Origin: Candidatus Woesearchaeota archaeon
Lineage (GTDB): Archaea; Nanobdellota; Nanobdellia; Woesearchaeales; WJIZ01
Length of the DNA: 64,000 nt
Direction of reading: 5' to 3'
Assembly: GCA_014729995.1 (NCBI GenBank)
Contig: WJIZ01000041.1
Location: forward strand, 10,584 to 74,583
How positions within the stretch are numbered: position 1 is the first letter of the stretch; the number at the start of each line of letters is the position of its first letter. Below, in pieces: positions 27,173-40,449 of this stretch. The notes under the pieces were generated by a model that searched no databases, was not told the DNA's origin, and was given only the letters and a program-made list of their open reading frames with translations. Position numbers and translations under genes: made by a program.

Positions 27173-27269
27173 CCGTTTGTATATAAAACTAATGGTCAGC
27201 TTAGCAGGGTATTCTTCAAAACCCGGCTTTTAGTTAAATTTTTAAATCTGGTATAAATACGAAAATCAC

Positions 27270-27361
27270 GGGCCCGTAGTTCAGTGGCTACGGCTTTTGT
27301 CGCTATAAAGAACGTCTCCCTTACAAGGAGAAGGTCACCGGTTCAAGTCCGGTCGGGCCCA
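27270..27361 (+). tRNA. tRNA-Val(UAC) with an ~19-nt intron in the D-loop
   Basis: GGGCCCG/CGGGCCC acceptor. Anticodon arm TCTCC-CTTACAA-GGAGA. T-arm ACCGG-TTCAAGT-CCGGT. D-stem GTTC..GAAC separated by an oversized loop. Confidence 0.7.
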
Positions 27362-27366
27362 TTCTT

Positions 27367-27489
27367 GCGCCAGTTGTCCAGTGGTTAAGATACGGCCTTG
27401 CCACGCGCTAAGATTTCCTGCGGAAATCCGCTGGCTTTGCGCTAGCGCGCAAAGAGGCTGTGACCCGAGTTCGAATCTCGGCTGGCGCA
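27367..27489 (+). tRNA. tRNA-Gly(GCC) with a ~51-nt structured intron after position 37
   Basis: GCGCCAG/CTGGCGC acceptor. Anticodon stem CGGCC/GGCTG, loop TTGCCA + intron. The intron holds nested palindromes (CGCGCTAG..CTAGCGCG and GATTTCC..GGAAATC). T-arm CCGAG-TTCGAAT-CTCGG. Confidence 0.65.
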
Positions 27490-27540
27490 TACTTTTTTAA
27501 CAAATTTTATAAAGCACTTTCTTTTCTCAGTCCCTAATTT

Positions 27541-27660
27541 GGCCCCATAGCTCAGTCTGGTTAGAGCGCCGGTCTTATATGGCCACGTTCTAAGCATCTG
27601 GCTCGAAGAGAGCCGGAGGTCCGGAGTTCAAAATCATCGATGAAAGTCTCCGTGGGGCCA
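27541..27660 (+). tRNA. tRNA with two introns (anticodon-loop ~31 nt and T-loop ~14 nt). Anticodon reads UAU (Ile) if the first intron is canonical, so identity is uncertain.
   Basis: GGCCCCA/TGGGGCC acceptor. D-arm GCTC-AGTCTGGTTA-GAGC. Anticodon stem CCGGT/GCCGG. T-stem CGGAG/CTCCG enclosing a 21-nt loop TTCAAA[..]T. Confidence 0.6.
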
Positions 27661-27669
27661 TTTCTTATT

Positions 27670-27879
27670 ATGGTATCAAAAGAATTCTTAAAAGATGAGA
27701 TAAATAAGATTGAAAACACGTTTAGGCAGAAAGCAGAAGAAAAGCCCTACCTGATACATAAGGAAAAGAAATTCTACAAAGAGGCAAAAAGCATCTTGGA
27801 GAAAGATGCGGATATTAGCTCAGGCTATGTGAAAAACTGGCTAAGGGGCTATAGGAAAAGAAAATTTAGTAAGCTTTAA
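27670..27879 (+). CDS. hypothetical small basic protein
   Basis: Track ORF 27640..27879 overlaps the tRNA 3' end, so an internal ATG at 27670 was preferred. No recognisable domain. Confidence 0.25.
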   Translation: MVSKEFLKDEINKIENTFRQKAEEKPYLIHKEKKFYKEAKSILEKDADISSGYVKNWLRGYRKRKFSKL

Positions 27880-27905
27880 AAATCCACTAAATTCTCTAAC
27901 TCTAA

Positions 27906-27980
27906 GCTCCCATGGTGTAGTCCGGCCAATCATTCCGGCTTTTCGAGCCGAAGACGTGGGTTCAAATCCCGCTGGGAGCA
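27906..27980 (+). tRNA. tRNA-Glu(UUC), intron-less
   Basis: GCTCCCA/TGGGAGC acceptor. D-arm TGGTGTAGTCCGGCCAATCAT typical of archaeal Glu/Gln. Anticodon loop TTTTCGA. T-arm GTGGG-TTCAAAT-CCCGC. Confidence 0.65.
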
Positions 27981-28027
27981 TATTTTTTTTCCTAAACTTT
28001 TTATAAGACAATATATTTTCCGTTCTT

Positions 28028-28150
28028 ATGAAATGCCCGTACTGCAACCATGAGGCTGATATCCAGCAACTCACATCAGAATGTTCAGGAGAAGGCGACG
28101 AGAATGAAATATTATGCTATTGTAAGAATTGCAATAAGAGACTAGGCTAG
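28028..28150 (+). CDS. 40-aa C4 zinc-ribbon protein
   Basis: MKCPYCNHEAD..CYCKNCNKRLG. Two CxxC pairs. Not in the ORF track (<60 aa). Confidence 0.35.
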   Translation: MKCPYCNHEADIQQLTSECSGEGDENEILCYCKNCNKRLG

Positions 28151-29235
28151 TCATTTCTCCATTTTCTGCTGATAAACTTCCTGTTAACATCATGCAAAGC
28201 AACTATAAACAGGCTTTCGCTCCAGCCAAGAGGAGTATTCTCATTATATTTTTTTGAATTGGAAAAATACAGCTCGGGCATCCCCCTATAAGTATCGACA
28301 TCGATAGCTTTCCCGATAAATTCTCTGGCTTTTTTCTTGTTTCCCAATCTCTCGTAGATTATGGCAAGCCAGCTCAGCCCAAATGTCCATTCAGCCTCTT
28401 CGCTGAATCCGTCAGGGTTTTTATTGTAATAATGGTCATTCTTGTATCTTATGATTCCCTTGCTTCTTAACAGGAGATATTCAACATTCTTCAGGATTTC
28501 ATCTCTTTGTTTCTTGGTAACAATGTTATAGGGCCATATCAATGATAGCAAAGCCAAATCCACGAACTTGGTTTTTGACTCTCTCGGAAGCAAATGCCTT
28601 AATGTCACCTCCCCCTTTTTTACCAGCTCAGGATTGACATTTATCTTGTCCAGGTTGGTTACAGCTTTCAGCCCTGCAACGCATGCCCCCACCGAGGACA
28701 CATGCACCTCTTCGTTCTCCTCCCACATCCCTGAGTCTGAATCATGCCAGTATTCAACACTTTCCAGGTATTTTACAAGCTTATTTGCTATGCGGATATG
28801 CTCTTCAGAATTGAGGATGCTTCTTCCATGGTGGTGCTCTAATTCGCCTATCCTGAAAAGGATAGCCCCTATGCTGTCATTCTGCTTATTGCCCCATTCC
28901 TCCCAGAATTCATCGAAAGTTTCCGGATGGAAACGCGCATGGATATACTCATGGCGGTGCTGCGGCTTATGGCGTATGGCATAATCGATTTTATACTCAT
29001 GCTTTAGGAATATGTTCAATAATGCATTATAAGTTTTCTCTACAGTATCCCAGTCATTGATAATCTCGAATGCCAGGCATTCATAAAAATTGTCCCTTAG
29101 CCAGGATTTGTCATAACCTGTATTTACTTTCTTGCTGGATGCAGCAAAAAGCCCTGATTTGTATTGGAGCCCTTTAAGGATCTTAATGTGCTGTTTTATC
29201 AGCTTTTTATACGTGAGCTTTGGCTTTTTTGCCAT
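28147..29235 (-). CDS. glycoside hydrolase family 15 (glucoamylase/glucodextranase/trehalase-like) protein
   Basis: GLFAASS..GYDKSWLRD and the (alpha/alpha)6-barrel conserved acidic residues. Confidence 0.7.
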   Translation of the reverse strand: MAKKPKLTYKKLIKQHIKILKGLQYKSGLFAASSKKVNTGYDKSWLRDNFYECLAFEIINDWDTVEKTYNALLNIFLKHEYKIDYAIRHKPQHRHEYIHARFHPETFDEFWEEWGNKQNDSIGAILFRIGELEHHHGRSILNSEEHIRIANKLVKYLESVEYWHDSDSGMWEENEEVHVSSVGACVAGLKAVTNLDKINVNPELVKKGEVTLRHLLPRESKTKFVDLALLSLIWPYNIVTKKQRDEILKNVEYLLLRSKGIIRYKNDHYYNKNPDGFSEEAEWTFGLSWLAIIYERLGNKKKAREFIGKAIDVDTYRGMPELYFSNSKKYNENTPLGWSESLFIVALHDVNRKFISRKWRND

Positions 29236-29367
29236 TTTGCAAATTACTCAGAATAAAGTTAATAAATTTTACTAATTAACTTAAAACCCGGATAAAAAAT
29301 TTCATCCTTTCAAAGCACTTTTTCCAACAGATAACTTATTAAATAGGAAAGCCCCGCTTTTTGGCAT

Positions 29368-29622
29368 ATGAACCATATAACTCTAATTGGCCTGGCAGCA
29401 GCTGCCCTGACAACCCTAGCTTTCTTGCCGCAGGCAATAAGGGTTTGGAAATTGAGGGAAACAAGGGATTTGGCGCTCAGCACCTTTATGATGTTTACAG
29501 TTGGCGTTTTCTTATGGCTTGTGTACGGCCTATTAAGGAATGATCTGCCTGTTATAATGGCAAATCTCATCACGTTTATTCTTGCCGCAACCATCCTGGG
29601 GTTTAAGTTTAAGTACGGTTGA
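29368..29622 (+). CDS. SemiSWEET / PQ-loop sugar transporter (3-TM)
   Basis: 84 aa, three TM helices, PQ motif LPQAIRVWK. Divergently adjacent to the GH15 gene. Confidence 0.7.
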   Translation: MNHITLIGLAAAALTTLAFLPQAIRVWKLRETRDLALSTFMMFTVGVFLWLVYGLLRNDLPVIMANLITFILAATILGFKFKYG

Positions 29623-29712
29623 TGCGATAGTTTTTTAAAACAGCCTTGTTTCTCCATTTAAACAAAACTATTGGGAGGTAAAGTAATCCGCGTAACTGCA
29701 GGAGAAGCAACA

Positions 29713-29814
29713 CATGAAAAGAAGTTCAAGGCGCTGGAAAAAGAAGCGCCAGATGCGCTGGAAATGGCAGCGTAAAAGGATGAAAAAGGAAAAAAGAAAG
29801 AGAGCTAAGAAGTA
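29713..29814 (+). CDS. rpl41e: 50S ribosomal protein L41e (33 aa, extremely basic)
   Basis: MKRSSRRWKKKRQMRWKWQRKRMKKEKRKRAKK resembles archaeal/eukaryal L41e (MRAKWKKKRMRRLKRKRRK..). Not in the ORF track. Confidence 0.5.
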
Positions 29815-29862
29815 AAATTCTGAATTCTAATTTTTTCAATTCATTTAAAACTCAAGTAAATA

Positions 29863-31902
29863 TCAATTAGGATTATCGCTGTAATCTACCCCTCTCAGTT
29901 TTTGACTTGCAGATACAAAATCACTAAGCCTGTAATGATTGCCTTTAGATGTTGCAATCTCGATATCTCGCTGTGAAGCGTCATTAATAATATTTCTAAC
30001 CTCATCTAAAGTCATTCCTGAAGACAAGTTGGCTATATCTTCAATACTATAAAACTCCATTCCCATATAGAGAAATACACTGTTAGGTTCTGCATTTCTC
30101 TTTCTCCCATCAAATTCTTCTGATTTCAAAGCCTTTGCAATCTCCCCTAAAAATGCACGCTCTACAAAATAACATGGAGAGTCTTTTTTAGACATATTGA
30201 TTATAAATGGTTTAAGTGTATTTTCTGTGCTGTTTTGACTGAATATTTCGTGGTACTTCTCAATATAGTTTGCTATGGGTTCAAATCCCTCATAAGAATT
30301 AAATAGGTCATATAACGGCACCATACCGATGGCAGCATCTTGCAGGCTAGTTATTTCGCTGCCTGTTACAACATTGCAGTCTTCAGGCACATTCACTCCC
30401 TCATTGTTCATAATATACCTAGCCCCGCCAAGACTGTAAGCGCAATGCGCGGCAAATTCAGCGGCAGTATAAACCTTCTGCGGATGAAGAGGCTTGCTTC
30501 TGCTTTCTCTCTCTAGTCGCTCCGCTGCCAATTTTTCTAATATTTTGTTCCTCTCTAAAAAGAAATTACCTATTTCGCTTCCTCTTGTTGTTGAGGTATC
30601 TGCTAAATGAAGCGCCACAGCCTCTTCAACAGCCAACTGGGTTCTATTGCAATAATCTTGGGGTTTTGTGCTTGATGTAACATTAAGCATTGGGTTTCTT
30701 TCATACAATACTATCTTTCTATCTTTGGGCAAATATAATGCAGGAGTAGAGCTTTCATTAACACCATCTATACTGATATTAACATCCCTTGAAATAGCTC
30801 CAGTGTCTAAAGCAGCAAGTTCCGAAACTATTTTTCTAGCAGCAGTAAGTCCCCTTTTTCTCATTTCTTTGATTGTGTTCACTTTTTTATTCTGCTCAAC
30901 GTAATTCTTTATACTATATAGATTGTGCTCTACCAGCTCTTGAAGCTCCTTATATCCTGGATGGTCATCGCTTAACCTGCCCCTATCAAGAAGAATCGCT
31001 TTATGCAATTCATCAGCATGCAACACAATCACTGTCTTGCTGGCTATTGCCATGCCGAATTTAGCTAAATCCGTAAATGCAAGCGGATCTCCGTATCTCC
31101 TGCCATGCACATATATGTTTATTCCTCTTTCTCCGTCAGGAACTTTCCGATCCATCACATATATCCATCCATTCACATTTCCCATATGATTCCCGATGCC
31201 TTCGATTTTAAACTTATTTTTCGAATCAAATCTTCTGGGCAAAACCTCTTCATTGTTAATATAAACTTTGAAGTCGGGCAAAAGCGGAAGTTCCATTCTT
31301 ATTGTCTGAGCAAGTTTTTTTAGATTAATCCAATCAGGATTCTGGAACCTTTTGTTGTGCATTTTAATAGTGGTGCCATGAGCCTCCGGATCACAATCAT
31401 GTTCTATAACTTTTAGTTCCACACCAACTTGAATATCCCCCTCGAATTTTTCCATAACCACTGTCTCAAGGCCGTCTCTTTTGGTTTTCATCTCATAGCT
31501 TTCAGCTAGTTTTTTCAAGACTAAGGTAGCTGTTCCATGGCCGCCTAACCTTCTTCTCCCTTTCGGGGAATATGGCTTGGATTTAATTATACTATCTCCA
31601 AGTCGGTAAAAATCTTGCAATCCATTATCTTTGCTCATGCCCACACCATCATCAGAATTAATAAAAAGACCTTTTTCAGGAATTGTTATAATATCAACTC
31701 TGGTTGCATCAGCATTGTAAGAATTCGAAATTTGTTCTATTACAGCACCTATATCATTGCTCTGAACTTTTTGGGCTGTACTTTCCGCCAGGTCCCTACC
31801 ATAATACCTTTTTATCCCCCCAACTGCTCTTTGACTTGGCGTATTTTTAGAATTAGCTCCTTTTTGTTTTCTCTCACCCTCCTTCATCTTAAATACTTTC
31901 AA
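29863..31902 (-). CDS. orphan GHKL-superfamily ATPase with MutL/MORC-like N-terminal domain (679 aa), function unknown
   Basis: Bergerat-fold motifs: N-box IEQISNSYNADATRVDI (cf. MutL LVENSLDAGAT.I.I), G1 SDDGVGMS, G2 GGHGTATL, GTTIKMHNKRFQNP. The C-terminal ~380 aa have no recognisable domain and lack MutL endonuclease motifs. Confidence 0.6.
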   Translation of the reverse strand: MKVFKMKEGERKQKGANSKNTPSQRAVGGIKRYYGRDLAESTAQKVQSNDIGAVIEQISNSYNADATRVDIITIPEKGLFINSDDGVGMSKDNGLQDFYRLGDSIIKSKPYSPKGRRRLGGHGTATLVLKKLAESYEMKTKRDGLETVVMEKFEGDIQVGVELKVIEHDCDPEAHGTTIKMHNKRFQNPDWINLKKLAQTIRMELPLLPDFKVYINNEEVLPRRFDSKNKFKIEGIGNHMGNVNGWIYVMDRKVPDGERGINIYVHGRRYGDPLAFTDLAKFGMAIASKTVIVLHADELHKAILLDRGRLSDDHPGYKELQELVEHNLYSIKNYVEQNKKVNTIKEMRKRGLTAARKIVSELAALDTGAISRDVNISIDGVNESSTPALYLPKDRKIVLYERNPMLNVTSSTKPQDYCNRTQLAVEEAVALHLADTSTTRGSEIGNFFLERNKILEKLAAERLERESRSKPLHPQKVYTAAEFAAHCAYSLGGARYIMNNEGVNVPEDCNVVTGSEITSLQDAAIGMVPLYDLFNSYEGFEPIANYIEKYHEIFSQNSTENTLKPFIINMSKKDSPCYFVERAFLGEIAKALKSEEFDGRKRNAEPNSVFLYMGMEFYSIEDIANLSSGMTLDEVRNIINDASQRDIEIATSKGNHYRLSDFVSASQKLRGVDYSDNPN

Positions 31903-32126
31903 ATTAGCTCTTAATTTTTAAATATATATCCATTTGAAAATAAGGTTCGGAATATATATAAAATATAATTCATATAAGATTTATATTAAACTAAGTTTTT
32001 TCTTTGTAAATCTAATTCTAAACCCTAACACAAAATATTTAAACAATGAAATCTACATATTCATTAAAGGAAATAAAATCGCCTGTTTTTTATTATTTTT
32101 TTCTATATATTTCAGAAGCAAAAGCT

Positions 32127-32136
32127 TTATAAATAC
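32127..32136 (+). promoter_or_regulatory. archaeal TATA box (TTTATAAATA, preceded by the purine-rich BRE-like AAAGC) for the rRNA operon
   Basis: Lies in the AT-rich leader ~150 nt upstream of the 16S 5' end. Followed by a perfect 10-bp palindrome GTACTTGATA-cagc-TATCAAGTAC at 32222-32248. Confidence 0.4.
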
Positions 32137-32287
32137 AATAAATTTCCAAAAATGCTATCGCCCCCAATTTTGTTTTAGATATACCAATTCTAAAAAACAC
32201 AAACAAATAGGCGATTTAATGCGTACTTGATACAGCTATCAAGTACAGGAAGGAAACAATCCCGACAATTTTAATTGCGACTATTAA

Positions 32288-33795
<1,508 letters not shown>

Positions 33796-34004
33796 TTATT
33801 TTCATAAGCATCATAGGAGATACCCATGGGCTTGAGCGAACTTCGAGCTTTGCTCGAGGGCTTGTAAGCTTTGCTTACAAAAGCAAAACTCATATGGGTT
33901 GATAAGGGCGAAGCCCTTATCGCAGGATCACATCCTTTCCTTTTTAATGCAAAAGGAATTGTTTCCTTCATTTTTCATATTTGATGAGCATTTCGGCCTT
34001 TCAA

Positions 34005-34102
34005 GGGCCCGTAGCTCAATGGTATTTCAAGTTATGCTTGAAACATGAAAGAGCGTCGCCCTTGCAAGGCGGAGGTTTCGGGTTCAAATCCCGACGGGTC
34101 CA
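34005..34102 (+). tRNA. tRNA-Ala(UGC) in the 16S-23S spacer, with a ~26-nt insert in the D-loop
   Basis: GGGCCCG/CGGGTCC acceptor. D-stem GCTC..GAGC around a 33-nt loop. Anticodon arm TCGCC-CTTGCAA-GGCGG. T-arm TCGGG-TTCAAAT-CCCGA. Confidence 0.7.
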
Positions 34103-34279
34103 TATGCCTATGCAACATTTTACAAAATGTTGCATATTTGCTTCAGCCCAAATTGGCATATATCATATTCATTTTATCATAAATCATCGTCAATGCATAT
34201 TGGCGATGGTTCGGACGAGACGCCTTCTTTCCTGGGAGGTAGAATATCTATTCATGTTGATGAGGCCATGCATTAAAGT

Positions 34280-37230
<2,951 letters not shown>

Positions 37231-37397
37231 TAACTTAAATGCATGGCCTTTTCTTTTTTATTCTTTGGGTTAATAAGATATTTTAGATTGTGGTTATAGC
37301 TTCAGCTCTATTCTGTCAAACATGCTTTCGCAGCAGGTTAAGTAACCTGGTATTTCATTTCCAAAACCCTTAAAAACGATTCCATTTTCTTTTTTTT

Positions 37398-37937
37398 ATG
37401 CAATTAAAGGAGAAACTTGCAGCATTGCAAAAAAGCAAAATATTTCTCGATTGGAAAAAGAAGAATAAGGATTCTTACCTTGCGCACATATTCAGGATGT
37501 TCGACGAGGCAAACAAAGGAATATGGCAGTTCGGCTATTATAATCCTGACGACACAATAACTACCTTCGTAGTTGAAAAGGAAAAAGTCAAGGAGGTGCC
37601 GGAGCAGGAGATTTTCAGGAAAGGCAGGCACAGGCTTCCCCCTTTAGCAATTGGGAAAATAAAACTCAGCTTTGAGGAATCTCTTAAGGCAGCAAAGGAG
37701 CTTCAGGAAAAAAAATATCCTAAGCACCCGATAATGAAAGAAATAGCAATCCTGCAGAAGCTGGAAAATGACCAGATTTACAACATAACCTTTGTAACTC
37801 AGACTTTAGGCACCATAAACATACATTTAGATACTGAAACAGGAGAAATCAAGTCGGATAAGTTTACTTCATTAATGGACATAGCCAAATTCGAAAAGGG
37901 CGGGAAAGATAAAAAAGATACGGAATATATCGGCTGA
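37398..37937 (+). CDS. hypothetical protein
   Basis: 179 aa, no recognised motif. Confidence 0.35.
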   Translation: MQLKEKLAALQKSKIFLDWKKKNKDSYLAHIFRMFDEANKGIWQFGYYNPDDTITTFVVEKEKVKEVPEQEIFRKGRHRLPPLAIGKIKLSFEESLKAAKELQEKKYPKHPIMKEIAILQKLENDQIYNITFVTQTLGTINIHLDTETGEIKSDKFTSLMDIAKFEKGGKDKKDTEYIG

Positions 37938-38042
37938 GTTGTATATTTTAAAGAAAAGATTAATTTAAAAATAAGCAGCCATTCACAAAAAAGGGGATAA
38001 AAAATAGTTCAGCTAAAGATACAGCGGATTTCTGATGTCACA

Positions 38043-38435
38043 TTGCCATGCTACGCGCATGAGGGCGATGCAGGCATGGACTTATATTCGTCAGTTGATC
38101 ATATTCTTAAGCCGGGGGAAAGGAAATTGGTTCCTACAGGCATCAGGATAGCGGTGCCTTCTGGATACGAGGCTCAGGTCAGGCCGAAATCCGGTTTGGC
38201 TTTAAAGCACGGCATATCTATAGTTAATACTCCCGGCACAATAGATTGCCAGTATAGGGGTGAGGTCGGAGTGATATTGATAAATCTTGGAAAGGAAGAT
38301 TTTGTTGTACGAAAGAACAGCAAGATAGCGCAGTTGGTTATAAACAAGGTCGAACAGGCAGAGATAGATGAAGTGAATATGCTTGACAAAACAGCCAGGG
38401 GAGAAGGGGGGTTTGGCAGTACTGGTCTCGAGTGA
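38043..38435 (+). CDS. dut: dUTP diphosphatase (dUTPase)
   Basis: [36 protein letters not shown]. The only in-frame start after the upstream TAA is TTG at 38043. The conserved N-terminal strand ([10 protein letters not shown]) is encoded upstream of it without an ATG/GTG/TTG. Confidence 0.8.
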   Translation: MPCYAHEGDAGMDLYSSVDHILKPGERKLVPTGIRIAVPSGYEAQVRPKSGLALKHGISIVNTPGTIDCQYRGEVGVILINLGKEDFVVRKNSKIAQLVINKVEQAEIDEVNMLDKTARGEGGFGSTGLE

Positions 38436-38775
38436 TTATAAAACTTTATAAGCAAGCATGTTTGGAAAAATCAAGATGGGAAATATAAGCTACAATACTT
38501 TGGTTAAAAATAAGAGATTAGGTGATTTTTTAGATAAGGATTTGGGGGTGGAAAATAATGAAAAACAGGAGGATGAAGTACTTTAGTCTTGATAAGATAC
38601 CTTACCTATATGATATCGATGACGAATTGCTTCCTTTCAACGGACAGATGTCTTTAGATCCTGAACTTAAGATTGCAGGTTAGTTCTTAAGCTTGTTATT
38701 TTTTTTGTCTCGAATACCCAGATATAGAAAATATCAGAAAAATTTATAAATAATTTTTTATTATTAGGTAGTAAA

Positions 38776-39192
38776 ATGAATTTTAAGATATCGCCCAGGA
38801 CATTTAATAAAAAAGCAGACATCAGCTTGGGAGCGATTATACTGGTAATAATAATAGTTGTATTCCTGGGATGGCTTATCAACGAAGGCTCGAAAGACTG
38901 CAGGGCAGACGCAGACTGCGAAAAAACCCAGTATTGCGGCGCGGACTTTGCGTGCCATGACCATAAGGTCATAAGAGAAGAAAAAGCTTCCCCCTTAATC
39001 GCCAATAATGCAGCATGGGTAATCGGCCTTTCCCTGATAATAGCAGCCTTGATTTTCAAATGGGACTCAATCTTCCATTGGGCCAGGAAAGATAAAAAAA
39101 ATAAATCCAAAAACAAAGAAGAATATATTGACCTGAGCAAAAGCCATAAAGCAGAAGAGAAAGGGTTATATGAAAAAGAACTGGAAAAATAA
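38776..39192 (+). CDS. hypothetical membrane protein with Cys-rich extracytoplasmic loop
   Basis: Two TM helices. Loop CRADADCEKTQYCGADFACHDH. Confidence 0.4.
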   Translation: MNFKISPRTFNKKADISLGAIILVIIIVVFLGWLINEGSKDCRADADCEKTQYCGADFACHDHKVIREEKASPLIANNAAWVIGLSLIIAALIFKWDSIFHWARKDKKNKSKNKEEYIDLSKSHKAEEKGLYEKELEK

Positions 39193-39231
39193 ACACAAGA
39201 TTAATAAACTATTTCTTCCAATTTACTTTTC

Positions 39232-39852
39232 ATGAAAAACTTATTTATTGTTTTCGATGGGATGGACGGCTGCGGCAAGTCCACGCAGGTATCCTTGCTC
39301 CATGATTATCTTTTCAGGAAAGATAAGAGAATCAGGATACTCACTACAAGGGAGCCTACTTTCGGAAGGTACGGAATAAGGATAAGGGATATGCTGTCCA
39401 AACACAAGAACCCTTACTCAGACGCAGAGGTACTCACAGAGCTCTATGTTAAGGACAGGCAGGACCACGTAGACAACCTGATACTTCCTTTTTTAAGAAA
39501 GGATACAGGCAATATCTCTATGGTTTTATGCGACCGCTATTATTATTCGACAATTGCTTATCAGCATGCCCAGGGCATTCCGCTGAACAAGCTGATAACG
39601 ATGAATAAAAAATTTCCCAGGCCCGATCTCGCAATAATCCTAGACCTTAACCCCGAGACTGCCATGCACAGGATAACAAGGGAAAGGGCGGTGGAGAAAT
39701 TTGAAAAATTGGAATTCATGAATGAGCTGAGGAAAAATTTCCATTCTCTAAAAGATCTTCTTGACGATAATATAAAGATAATTGATACCTCGGGAAGCGA
39801 GGAAGAGACGTTTGCTAAGATAAAGAGAAGGATTAACCGGCTTTTAGCCTAA
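39232..39852 (+). CDS. tmk: thymidylate kinase
   Basis: P-loop FIVFDGMDGCGKSTQ, the LID region, and DRYYYST. Confidence 0.85.
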   Translation: MKNLFIVFDGMDGCGKSTQVSLLHDYLFRKDKRIRILTTREPTFGRYGIRIRDMLSKHKNPYSDAEVLTELYVKDRQDHVDNLILPFLRKDTGNISMVLCDRYYYSTIAYQHAQGIPLNKLITMNKKFPRPDLAIILDLNPETAMHRITRERAVEKFEKLEFMNELRKNFHSLKDLLDDNIKIIDTSGSEEETFAKIKRRINRLLA

Positions 39853-39891
39853 GCGCAAGTATTAAAAATATTCCATAGTTTTCTGTTTTGG

Positions 39892-40449
39892 GTGATAATT
39901 ATGCCAGAGACAGAAGAAAATCTAAAGTCAGCATTTGCCGGTGAGAGCCAGGCAAGAAACAAATATGATTTCTTTGCAAAGGTAGCAAGGAAAGAAGGCT
40001 ATCATTATATAGGGAAGCTCTTTGAAGAAACAGCTTTGAACGAAAAGCAGCATGCAAAAGATGAATTCAAGCTGCTGAACGGGATAGGGGACACAAAAGC
40101 CAACTTAAAAGAGGCAATATCAGGCGAGCATCATGAGACAACTGCGATGTACCCTGATTTTGCGAAACAAGCCAGGGAAGAAGGCAACATAGAAGCAGCC
40201 AACAAGTTCAGGATGATAGCAAAGGTAGAGGCAGAGCACGAAGCGCGCTATAAAAAACTCCTTGAGATGGTAGAGAAAGGAACAGTCTTTAAAAGGCAAA
40301 GGCCTGTCAGGTGGAAGTGCTCAAAATGCGGCTATATTCATACAGGGAAAGAGCCGCCGCAGAAATGTCCTTCCTGCAGGCATCCGAGAGAATATTTCGA
40401 GCCGGAATGCATGTGCTTTCAGGAGAGCTGCGAGATCTGCAATTTTTAG
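39892..40449 (+). CDS. rbr: rubrerythrin
   Basis: Ferritin-like diiron four-helix bundle (E..H pairs) plus a C-terminal rubredoxin-like CSKCGY..CPSC domain. Confidence 0.85.
   Translation: MIIMPETEENLKSAFAGESQARNKYDFFAKVARKEGYHYIGKLFEETALNEKQHAKDEFKLLNGIGDTKANLKEAISGEHHETTAMYPDFAKQAREEGNIEAANKFRMIAKVEAEHEARYKKLLEMVEKGTVFKRQRPVRWKCSKCGYIHTGKEPPQKCPSCRHPREYFEPECMCFQESCEICNF

Noticed and set aside
38460-38700. Two ~40-aa plus-strand micro-ORFs and the 157-aa minus ORF 38667..39140, between dut and the membrane protein
   Set aside because: No SD, no recognisable motifs, and they overlap each other. Most likely non-coding spacer plus a shadow ORF of 38776..39192.
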